The translations under genes were made by a program, and so were the position numbers. 64,000 nucleotides of DNA, from contig NW_005434562.1 of assembly GCF_000315625.1 (NCBI RefSeq), positions 56,980-120,979 of the forward strand, read 5' to 3'. Below are positions 36,928 through 47,575 of the stretch, piece by piece. Within the stretch, counting starts at the first letter, position 1. Each line of letters begins with the position of its first letter. The notes beneath the pieces were generated by a model. The model searched no databases. It had not been told where the DNA came from and saw only the letters and a program-made list of their open reading frames with translations. Source of the DNA: Guillardia theta CCMP2712 (Eukaryota > Protista > Cryptophyta).

Positions 36928-38350
36928 ATTAAACAGCAACCTCCTGTCCTTCCCCATCCAGCAACGCTTCCGGCAGACCCCTTGACAAGGATGAGAACTT
37001 GGCCATGCGCTTCGTCGTTCTCTTGTATCTCACAAAGAGGCACAACCCTGACGCCAGAGCTCCCAGCACAATCCCACCTCCTGCTCCACCCACGATGATA
37101 GAGATCTGCCTGTTGGTGAGAGCATTCGACTTGGGTGGCTGCTTGTAGATGATGTTGAACTTCTTGTCGGCCGGAGTCGCTCCACAGTAAGGGATCGCAC
37201 TTCCTATGAGAGGAGGGGCGTGAGGAGAACAGGAAGGTCGATCAGCCTCAGCTCACCTGACGTTGTCCCCACTGTCCCTGATTGGCGGAATTCGTCAGTC
37301 ATCCTACGAATCTCGTCGGGGTATCTGAGAGTCAAGGTCAACACTGGCGGTGATACAGCACAGACGAGTACACCTGTACACCAGTTGGGTACAACGAGTG
37401 TTCTTGTTTCTCGCTACCATCGACCCTCTTGACAGTTTCATCGTGAAATCAAAAGCGGCAACGGAGTATCTGCAGCACCAGTCAACCAAGTTGATTTTCA
37501 GCAGCAGTCCGAGTACCTCTCCTTGCGCGATTGAAGTGCGATGAAGTATCTCCCGTCTTGTGTAACTGAACAGCCCGTAAGGACTCCCCTACCTCCACAC
37601 CTTGCATGCAAATATCTCACCATTCACGTTGATGCTCTTCACTTTCTCATTTGCATTGATGTTACCATAACCTTGATTGTTCCATGACCCCTCTTGTGGA
37701 ATGCAACCCTGCACAGCCCTTATCAGTTTCCAAGCTCACTCCAACAGACACGCTGACCTGCCCCACATAAAAATCGTAGGCAGGAAGCTTTGCACTGTCT
37801 ACGCTCGACACAGTTGACACCTGACCCTTGGCAACAGGAATGGACTGCGGCGATACTAAAGTGAGGAAAATATTATCCCTCCTTGCATCCGTTCCTGCAT
37901 AGGCATCGCCATTCTGCACGAGGAATTCGAAGTAGTGGTATTGATTCCCCGGAAACACTTGTCCCCGCACGCTCACAATCGGCGCGCCATTGTTCGGGTA
38001 GATATCAGTAGGCGCCCCCGTTGCGTTAAAGATCTGGCTGAAGGTAATCCAGGAGGGATCAGCGCTGTTGCTGTTCCAGAGCTCCGAGATGTTCTGACAC
38101 CTGCAGGAAACAATCATGAGACTTCAAACGTCAGCACGAAACAGTCCTTACATTGAGCAGTAATTCTTGCCGTCCGGACAAAGCTTCGGATCGTACCCGA
38201 TCACATCCGCCTTGTTTGCATCGTAAACGGCGGCGGCGGCAGGGCTGATCAGAGAGCAGACAACAACCAGAGCCAGCACACTGCGACGTAATCTGAAACC
38301 TCCCTTCCCTCTCAGTGCAAGAAGCTCCGAGGCAACTGATGGTAACGTCC
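36928..38350 (-). CDS. Hypothetical type I membrane protein (signal peptide, Cys-containing ectodomain, C-terminal TM), multi-exon; start approximate
   Basis: RRSVLALVVVCSLISPAAAA signal-like segment. C-terminal ISIIVGGAGGGIVLGALASGLCLFV followed by basic RYKRTTKR. Confidence 0.65.
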
Positions 38351-39909
38351 ATGGTACTATCGCGCTTAGCCGACTCAAGTCCAAGCTCCGGCAGAGCTGC
38401 GGTCGGTTGGCACCAGTGGTACCATCCTTATCCCCCCCAAAAGATGAAAGAAAACCAAAGTAAGAGAAATTTTGGTAAGTAGAAGTGCGATCTGATCGCA
38501 TTATTTCTGCCAAGCTGCCGCTCGACGAAAGAATGTACAAGTCCTAGTCTGCCCGATGGAAGTGTCGGGGTTAGAAGTGAGAGAAGAGCTAGATCTTAAC
38601 AAGGGAGGTCAGGCCTGCTGGTTGTATCTGGTTACAATGATTAGATGAACACTCCGTGCCATTCCCCCGACGACCTCAAGCGTATCAGGCAATCCGAAAC
38701 ACAACGCTGGTCATTGCAGTCAGGGATGGGAGGTAATGATCGAGCAGGAGAAAAGAGCCCACAAGGTCGGGGGATGAGGAGAAACGAGAGGACAAGGAGA
38801 CTAAGGAACAGCGAGGAGAGAGGAGGAGGAGGAGGAGGAGGAGGAGGAGGAGGAGGAGCGCACGAAAGGAGGAGGAGGAGAAGAGGGGGGGGGGGGGGGT
38901 TAAGGGATCAGGGGCGGGAAGGAGGAGCTTCTGCACTGAAGCGTCACGGCGGTTGCAATCCGTTACTCACCCCCTCTCTCCAACAGGCGGACAAAAGAGG
39001 GGGTAGGGGTACAACAAGATCATTCAAATACCCCTACTTTTATATTGAAGAAACAGGGTACTTCAAGAAGGGGTAGGGATCTTCTGTAATCAAAAGAAAC
39101 CAAAGTTCGAAACTTTGCACGTTGAAACTTCGAAACATTCAAACTTAGAATCAGACGGACAAAGTTGGCAGGCCGGCCCGGGTTTTAACTGAGGCCCCTG
39201 AACTTGATTTCCACTGGGCCCGGCGTTCACTCGTCTGCGTTCATCTGAGCTTGACAGTCGTCGCTGAAACAGGTTCACGCCGACTCGCCGCTCAGTCGGC
39301 TCAGTGGATGACTGAGCGGCTCGCCGCCTCACTCGGAGGCCGAGGCGAGTCACGGGCCACTGAATCTACTGCCGTGACATCATGATAAAGATAAGACTGT
39401 AGTAGTAGATTGTAGTAGTATGTTCGGAATCGGAGGCCGGGCGGTCTCACTTACCGTAGTACGTACGGTACTGTTTGCAGTACTGTTGTATTAGAGTACA
39501 CACAGTTTAATAACAAAAGAAACGTGTGAGGGTACAAGAGCGCTAACTTACCCTCTACCGATGGCATTACATATGTAATGCCCTCGCTACCATGTACCTG
39601 TAGTTATGTAACGCTCTCGCTACAATGTACCTGTAGTTACGGCGTACTGTAGCAGGTGCCTCGGTAGCTGGGAAGTGTGGAACAGCGCGGCCGCGCCAGC
39701 ATGAATCCGGGGAGGGGAGGAGGGGGAGGGGGCTCGGAGGGAGGAAGGGAGAGAGGAGGAGGTAGAAAGCAAGTTAAAGTAGGGCAGTGAGACGGGAGGG
39801 AAGGATGAGCAGGTTGGCAAACAAGCTGGCAAGGGTGGCACCTATTGCGGAAGTGAGGAGGGATTCTGGGTTGATGTCAGCAATTTTTTGTTGAGGGGGT
39901 AAAGAGGGC

Positions 39910-39921
39910 AGGCTATTTAAG
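39910..39921 (+). promoter_or_regulatory. TATA-like element (GGCTATTTAAGG) upstream of the DUF4258-ankyrin gene
   Basis: TATTTAA about 190 bp upstream of ATG 40101. Confidence 0.35.
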
Positions 39922-40100
39922 GAAAAGCGCTAGGAAGCAGAAAACCTTGGGGAGATAGGCATCAACAAAACATAAGGGACTGCGGAATTGAGATACGATT
40001 GAGCAAAGAATGAGATGTAGTTGTAGTCTTCCTTAGAAAACAAAGTGATTTGTTTGTTTCCCTTGGCACTCACAAAGACGAGAGCAGGCGCTTCAAGAGC

Positions 40101-42386
40101 ATGGAAGACGGAAGGACAGAACCAAGGCAAATAGCCATCTCTAACATGTCAACGGACATGCTGCAGCAGCAGCTCACCCATCATGCCATCCGACGCATGC
40201 AGGAACGAGACATCAACTTCGACCTCATCCGCGAGACTGTCCGTCGAGGGTGGCGGCGAGACTTCCCACCTGCGGTCCTGTACGTCTCAGATCACATCAC
40301 GGTCGTCACGAGCGGCACGCGGTTCATCACTGCGTGGCGCAACGAGCTGAAAAGCCTCTGGCCCCTCATACGAGCTGCCGGTGGAGCCGACGGGCTGACA
40401 GCCGACACGGCCTACGCGTTTGTGCAGGACAAGGACAAGATCATGTTTGCTGGCGTCTTGGACATCTCAGGCACAAGAGCAGAGATAGGGTTCGGCCTGC
40501 ACAGACTTTTTGCGTCGCATGAGGAGAGCTACTACGACGTCATTGTCATCGGGCTTGAGCGGCAGGCGCCTCCCAGAGCTCGGAGAGAGAAGCTGAGGCT
40601 GGAGAGGATCCTCGATCGAGAAGAGAGACGAGCCGTGGTTGATGACGTGGGCCCGGTCAAGCGACAAGACAATGATCTGCTCAGTAGGCTTGCCGATCAA
40701 ATGTCTCAGGCGACAACCAACGACCATGATCAACGAGCAGGATACCCTGCGATTAGCCTCTCGATAGGAGGCAGACAGCACAACGACCTGGCTGTACAGA
40801 GAAGACTTCACTCTGAGCAGGCTGAGCATTCGTGGGTGAAGTTTGGCCCGGAGGTCGATTTCCTCCACCCGTATGCTGGGTTCGGTCGCCTGGTGCAGCT
40901 GATGCAAGAAACGGCCTCTTGCCTGCCAGAGGTCGCCGGTCGCTGGACGTACAGAGACGCGAGATACAACGACGCGGTGTACAAGTACACCATCCTACCT
41001 CTCAACAAGTTACAGCTGGGCAACAACACCTCCTTTCATGTCGTCTGCCTCCACTCCAACGACCATGACGACGAGGAGCATTCGGTGTTCAGACGCATTG
41101 GAGTCGGACGAGGCCTGTTGAGACTTGACTCCACGGGTCAGCCTTCAGCGCTTGTGCTCCGCCTGATGATGGGCAAAGTTGCGCAGGAGCATGGCCGAAC
41201 GATCTATCGCCCCAAGAGGGAGATTTGGCGAGGAGACGTCAGGCACCTTCAAGGTACCACCGACACCGAGCTCGTCAAAGATCCTGCGCCCGAAAGGAGG
41301 GCAGACGACTTGGCTGCCCCCGATGGCTTCGAGGGCATGATAGAGGCGTTTGTGCCGTTGCAGCCGGGCTGGGACGAGGCGATGCAGTGCGGCGAGATCG
41401 ATCGGATAGAGCAGCTGCTCCGAGAGGATCCGAGCCTCCTCCACCAGCGCTTGCGAGTGGACAAGATCCTCAACTCGCCGCGTCTCAATGATGGAAACGG
41501 CTTCCTTGTCCTCCCCATCATCGCCGCCGCTCTGTACCGCAGGTTTGACGTAGTAGACGTCCTCCTCCCATACTACCAAGCTGCAGAGATAGAGCTGGAC
41601 GCGTTCATGCTGACGGTCTTGTCCGGCAGCGCGACAGCTCGAGAGCAGCTGGCGGAGAGGGTCTGCCAAGAGAGCGCTCACTTGCTCGTTGCCACGTGTC
41701 CCAGAAACGTCTCGAGAAGAAACCAGCGAGGCCCGCATCCCCTCTCAGTCGACTCCAGGGTCGACTCGGACGACCTCAGGTTCGTCGGCTGCCGCCTCAT
41801 CGAGATCGCCGCAAAGTTGCTGCTCACAGACACAGTCCAGCTGCTTCTCAGCTTGGGCTCAGCTCACACGCCGGCCTCTGCCCTGCAGACCGGCGACGTG
41901 GAACAAGTGCGGAGGTTCCTGACGACAGGAGAAGGGGACTTCACTCTAAACATGCGCTTCGATGGGAGGAGGAACGCAGCGGTGGCGAACATCGACAGCA
42001 TGACGCCGCTGGTCTATGCCGTGTACAGGAATGACGTCAACATGGTTGGTATGCTGATCAAGTTGGGAGCCGACATCTTCGTACAACGAGCACACCAAGA
42101 GTCGACCAGCATCAACTATGCGCAGATCTATGATCGCAACGTGCAGCAAGGCTTCCCAGTACTTCGGCTGCTGCTAGAAGAGTACAGGGAGAGGAGAAGT
42201 CAGCAAAGGTATCCAAATGACTGGGTCAATCTGAGAGAGAGATGCGAGCGCTGGCAGCACAACACTCATCCTGCAGCCTGGAACCTGATCATCAACTACG
42301 ACTTCGAGAATGAGTTTGAGAACACGGAAGTGGAGGAAGCAGCAGCAGGGCTACATGAAGTGGCAGTGGAGCAAGGAGATGAGTGA
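40101..42386 (+). CDS. Intronless protein: N-terminal DUF4258-like domain, unknown central domain, C-terminal ankyrin repeats
   Basis: LTHHAIRRMQERDINFDLIRETVRRG...ITVVTSGTRFITAWR matches the HA..RM.ER.I...ITV pattern of DUF4258. Clear ankyrin repeat MTPLVYAVYRNDVNMVGMLIKLGADI plus degenerate ones (LPIIAAALYRRFDVVDVLL; LIEIAAKLLLTDTVQLLLSLGS). Confidence 0.8.
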   Translation: MEDGRTEPRQIAISNMSTDMLQQQLTHHAIRRMQERDINFDLIRETVRRGWRRDFPPAVLYVSDHITVVTSGTRFITAWRNELKSLWPLIRAAGGADGLTADTAYAFVQDKDKIMFAGVLDISGTRAEIGFGLHRLFASHEESYYDVIVIGLERQAPPRARREKLRLERILDREERRAVVDDVGPVKRQDNDLLSRLADQMSQATTNDHDQRAGYPAISLSIGGRQHNDLAVQRRLHSEQAEHSWVKFGPEVDFLHPYAGFGRLVQLMQETASCLPEVAGRWTYRDARYNDAVYKYTILPLNKLQLGNNTSFHVVCLHSNDHDDEEHSVFRRIGVGRGLLRLDSTGQPSALVLRLMMGKVAQEHGRTIYRPKREIWRGDVRHLQGTTDTELVKDPAPERRADDLAAPDGFEGMIEAFVPLQPGWDEAMQCGEIDRIEQLLREDPSLLHQRLRVDKILNSPRLNDGNGFLVLPIIAAALYRRFDVVDVLLPYYQAAEIELDAFMLTVLSGSATAREQLAERVCQESAHLLVATCPRNVSRRNQRGPHPLSVDSRVDSDDLRFVGCRLIEIAAKLLLTDTVQLLLSLGSAHTPASALQTGDVEQVRRFLTTGEGDFTLNMRFDGRRNAAVANIDSMTPLVYAVYRNDVNMVGMLIKLGADIFVQRAHQESTSINYAQIYDRNVQQGFPVLRLLLEEYRERRSQQRYPNDWVNLRERCERWQHNTHPAAWNLIINYDFENEFENTEVEEAAAGLHEVAVEQGDE

Positions 42387-42640
42387 AGTAGCGGTCTTGC
42401 TTGCTTGTATGAAGTTGCTGAAACCCATCTCATGGCTCACTGTTGTGCTTGCCTGTACCTCACGGCAAAGAGTAGGAGCCAACCGGCTAAGGTCGAGTGC
42501 CTTCGAGATGCTAGCAGGGCTAGAGGAGAGACGGTCAAGTTACTTGATGTGGGATATTTGAAGCTTAGAGATGTCAGTGGCTCGCTCAATTTCTCCCAGC
42601 TCATCGCGTCAGCTGATTTCCTCTCGTCTCCACTCCACTC

Positions 42641-42794
42641 GTCTCGTCTCGTCTCGTCTCGTCTCGTCTCGTCTCGTCTCGTCTCGTCTCGTCTCGTCTC
42701 GTCTCGTCTCGTCTCGTCTCGTCTCGTCTCGTCTCGTCTCGTCTCGTCTCGTCTCGTCTCGTCTCGTCTCGTCTCGTCTCGTCTCGTCTCGTCT
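42641..42794. repeat. Perfect (GTCTC)30 pentanucleotide microsatellite between two convergent genes
   Basis: Directly visible. Confidence 0.99.
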
Positions 42795-42905
42795 GTCCTC
42801 CCCTGGAGCAGTGTGACCGGGGACTTGAGCGGTGCCAGAGTAGCATCGGAAGGACTCGGACGCTTCAAGTTCAGGTGAACTTAGAAGGGGTTCACGTTTG
42901 AAGTC

Positions 42906-45900
42906 TCAACGGAACTCGATCAGCAGCTCCAGATACGTCTGGTTGCGATCGTACACGATGAACTCCCGGGCCTGCGGGTTGCCGATGACTGAGTCGTAGA
43001 GGCGACCAGTGGAAGCGTTCGGCGGAGGTCGTCGATGGTTCCGCACTTGAGCGTTCTCGATCGGATCGCCGAGGACGACGCGGACGAGGAACATGGACTT
43101 GAGGCCCTGGGCGTTGGGGGAGCAGAAGCCAGCGCTCTTGCTCGAGTTCTCGGCGAAGTAGATCCCGGCCCCGAACGACCCGCCCAGGTTCCCCACCCGC
43201 TCGTCCAACCCTCCATCGATGATGCAGTCGACGCTGTGGGCCTTGGTGCCATGGAAGAGGAAGACCTCGTTGCTCTCCGTGTCTCGCTTCAGCTCGGAGT
43301 CCATCCAGGGCCTGTCGGTCAGTACTGCCGTCCTCTTGCGAGCGACGCCGCTCTCGATCATGCTCTGAATGATCCGCTTCCTCTGCAGGGCAAACGACTC
43401 CCAGTGGTCTCGATTCTCAATCTGGAGGATGCGGACAACGTGGCAGCCCCCGGAGCCTGTGGAGCGCATGAGCTCCTCTATCCTCCCCTTCCACTCCCTC
43501 GTCACGTCCACTCTGCCCCTCCTGACTGTCCCAGTGGTCGCCACCTTCCAGTAGAGGGGAGGGTTGAAGATGACTGCATCCTTCCTGATGTCCTTCTTCT
43601 CCTCCTCGAACTGCTGCTTCTCCTGCTCCCAGGTGCTGAGCTTCCGCTGCAGGCTCAGCTCGCTCCTCTGAAGCTCCAGCTCGTGCAGGCGGATCGCTTC
43701 CTTCTGGTCTCTCAACCTGTTCTCCTCCTCCTCAAGGCGTCGCTTCATGGTCTGCTCCTCACAGTCCAGCTCTCTTCCCTTGTGCTCGAGCTCCTGCTTC
43801 CTCTCCAGCATCTTCTGAGTTTCGGCTTCATTCCTCCTCTTCTCTGCTGCACACTTCGCCTGCTGATCTGCCAGCTCCTGCTGCCTTCCTTGCAGCTCCG
43901 CCAGCTCCCTCTCGTGCAAGCGCTGCATCTGCCTTCGCTCTTCCTCGATCTGCTCTCGCTCGACGATCATCGAGCTGGTGAAGTAAGGATGCGCGAGGGC
44001 TTGCGCGGAGGAGGGGCGAGCTGCACTGTCCTGATGAAGCAAGCTCGAGATCAGCTGGGAAGCGTCACTGTCCTCCAACCTCCTGATCGCATCCAGCAAC
44101 ATCTCCTCCTGTCCCAGTCGCGGCTGGACGTCAGTGAGCAACTGCAGCATCACAACCCCGTATGAGTACATGTCGCACTTGTGCGACACTCGTCGCCGCG
44201 CGTCCTCCAACGAGGAGCAGCCGACGATCTCCGGCGCCGCGTACGCGAGGGTGCCTCCTATCGGCTTGTCGATGGTCGAGGCGACGCTGACTGTGCAGAC
44301 GATCCCGTTGATCCGCTCCTCTTGGTTTCTCGACACGTCGAAGTCGGCGATGCAGGGCAGGGCGTCGGGGGAGGAGGAAGACAGCAGGATGTTCGTCGGT
44401 TTGATGTCGCAGTGTACGATGCTGTTCTGTCGCAGGTGCTCGAGGCCTTGCAGGACCTGCAGCAGCACCCGATGCTTCTGCTGCTCGCTTGGCCGGACCC
44501 CCTGGCACCACTCAAGGAGCGTTCCTCCCTCGTAGAAGGGCATCTTGATGTACCCCCGCAGCTCCGGCAGCCGCCCGTGCGAGTGATCGTCCTCGATGAA
44601 GATGCTCAGGAGCCGGACGAGGAAGGGATGCTCGAGCTTGTGCAGCATGGCAGCTTCTTTCAGGAAGTGCGCGACTTCGCTCCTGCGGTCTGACATGATG
44701 TACTCCTTGAGCACGTAGGTAGCCCCTCCCTGCTTGACAAGGTACACGGAGTGGCGGGAGCCCTGCTGACCAGCCTTTGACAAGTGACGGACGATGTCGA
44801 ACATGGAGATCCTGGAGCAGCTCTCGATCATGTCGACGTGCGGGACTTCGATCCCCAGGGACCTGTCCAGCTGAGAGGTCACCAGCTGCTCCAGCAGGTG
44901 GTTCTTGTACTCCGGGAAATGAGCGACGAGCCGGCACAGGTGCGCGTCGACGTCCCGGAGGGCCCTCAGCTTGCATGCCAGCTCGTCCTTGATCTCGGCG
45001 AACTTCTGTTTCGCCTCCTCAGCTGGGAACCTCCGTTTCGCCGCCTTCTCGATCAGATGCCTCTGGTCGTCAAGATCGTCTTCCAGGACCTCCACCTCCT
45101 CCTTCAGCCTCCTCCGCCTCTTGAACACAACACCTGGGTCCTCCAGCCCTTCCATGCTCGAGACCTCCTGAGCCAGCGGAGAGAGATCGATCACCTGGTC
45201 GACGAGCACGAGCGAGCGTATCAACCATTCCCTCGCACACCGCAAGATTGGATGCAGCAGGTGGTGGGGAAACGAGTCCACGATCGTCTCGCTGCTGAGG
45301 AGAGCCTCTTGCTCCTGGAAGACTTCCTCCAAACTCTTGCAGGACTGTGACAAGGAGCTTGACAGCTCTTCACTGCTTCGTCCCGCTGCCATAGCGTCAC
45401 CATTAAGCATTCTGACAACCTCGCTCAGATCAGATGCCATCGCCCTTGCAATCTGATTTCTCTTGTCGGAGGTTTCATGAATCAGCCTACTCACCTCCGC
45501 GCCCCATCCCCGCATGGTCTCGTTTAAATCCTCGAGGTGCATGAGAAAGATTGTCCTCTGCGTCAGAGCCTCCTCGTTCATCTCCTCTCTCTCCCTCTCC
45601 TCGCTTGACTCCTCCTGCGTGTCTCCTGGACTCTCAGCCAGACGAGCAGAGTGGAAGTCTGCAGCTTCCGCAAGCTCCTCTACCAGGGCCCTGAAGTCCT
45701 CCAAAGAGGTTTTGCACTCGCTCTGGGATCGCGGCAGCCTGTCAAACGCCGCCAGCATGCGCTCTCGAGTCTGATCGCGAACTCTCGACACCTCTTTCAC
45801 ATCCTCGTCCAGCACTGCCCCGCCTCGTTCCTCATCTCCCTCTGACTCCCCTGGCGCCTCCGACGAGGACGTGGCAGTCAGTCCGGAGAGACTCAGCTGG

Positions 45901-47510
45901 AGGTCGTTGAGGTCATGCCGGAGCTTGTCAAACTCAGATTTCAGCCGGCAGACATTCAAGAAGGAATCATGACCGGGACTCTCCATGAGGTGCTTTAACT
46001 GATCGAAGAGAAGGTAGATGTTGATCCCCCTCACTACCTTCTCGTCCTTGAAGTTGGCAGCAAGCGCTCTCAGATCCACTTCATGTGCGGAGCTCCGATG
46101 GAGGAGGCTTCCCCCCCCCGTAGAGGAGGATTGTCTTTCAGCCAGCTCGACAAGTCGATTGATGGTGCAGACACAAAGTTTGTTGTCGTAAGCCGCCTCC
46201 ACCGCCGCTCTTTCGCCCTCGCTTACATCCTGACGTGTCTGCTCGCCCTGACGCTCTTGCTCTACACTTTCCTCCGGTCCAGCTGGACTTGACCTGCCAT
46301 CTTCGGCAAGGATGGGAAAAGAGAGAAAATCCGTGTGTCTGAAGCTGCTCTCCTCCACCACCTCTTCCTCCTCTCCACGACAATGCAGGCATGGCGTGTT
46401 TGAATGGCAGCACTGGCAAAGGTCGCAGGTCTGTTAGGACGGTCTCAACTGGAGATGAATGGTTCTTACGTTCTGCCATCGAATGTCAATGTTAGGGCAC
46501 AACGTCACAATGATGAGCTTACACAACACTTGAGGAAAAGCCGTTCATGGACGAGGAGGCAACAAACTCAAGTCAAATTCCCTTGCGTAAACTGTTGAGA
46601 TTCGATAAATGCTTACCAGCTGGATGGAAAGAAATCGTCGTCAACAACCATGATAAAGAAATGATCAGCGGGGAGACGCAGGGCAAGGATGTGCTTACAT
46701 GCTGAGTATCCCAGTGTGTCATCGTATGAGAGATCGTGGGGAAAGTCGTGTCAGAATGAGATCGAGCACAGGTCATCGCAAGACTCACAATCTTCCATTG
46801 AGGAAGAAAAGCCCATAGACGAAGGCAGCAGCGATCCGATGAAAACGTTAGATCCTGACAAACTTCATGGCTGAACATACCGGCTGCGCACAAAAGATGC
46901 ATCAGCACATTCAGCTATAGAGGGTCTTGGTGATTGCTTACATACTACGTCGAGAGCAGAGAAATGCAGCGAAGAAGTTCATCGCAAGTAAGAGAACAAG
47001 TCAGTGTTTGTGAAGATCTCAAGGAGATTCTTCCTTACAATCTGTAAAGAGAAAGAAGTAAGAGACAGAGAGACAGAGAGACAGAGAGACAGAGACAGAG
47101 ACAGAACAAGGATTGTTCGACTTACTTCCTTTGATCATAGTTGGACAAGGCAGAACCAGCGGGTAACGTCAAGACTCAACGTGTCATTGCATAACATGTC
47201 ACTCTCACCAGCTGGAGGTTCGCAGGAGAGGTCCCGGCGGATGAAGAGAAACAAGTCAGACGAGTGGAGGAAGAATACTACCACTTACTCCCTGATCAAT
47301 TGTGAGCGAAAAATGTCGGAGGAGCTTTCATGATGACTTACTCGCTGTTTTCATTCCGTACAATGTCGAGGATCGAGGTCGAGAGGTAGGCGATGCGAAC
47401 ATGTCAGCACGATGGGATGAAGAAGCTAGTGAAAGCGGCACCGTCTGCATGTCCTGTGAGAAGGAGTAGGAACAGAAGCAGGGGCGGGAGCGGGAGCGGG
47501 AGCGGGAGCG

Positions 47511-47575
<65 letters not shown>

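Noticed and set aside
39582-39640. Short direct duplication (CTCGCTAC.ATGTACCTGTAGTTA x2) as a transposon footprint
   Set aside because: No terminal inverted repeats or transposase nearby. Similar local duplications occur elsewhere (34057-34130 and 47750-47835).
42405-42878. ORFs encoding (SSRLV)n or (RRDET)n
   Set aside because: Translations of the GTCTC microsatellite.
46404-47400. Plus-strand short ORFs (for example 46689..46874 and 47004..47333) as a separate gene
   Set aside because: No coherent product. The strong splice signals are on the minus strand and are explained by the micro-exon ladder.
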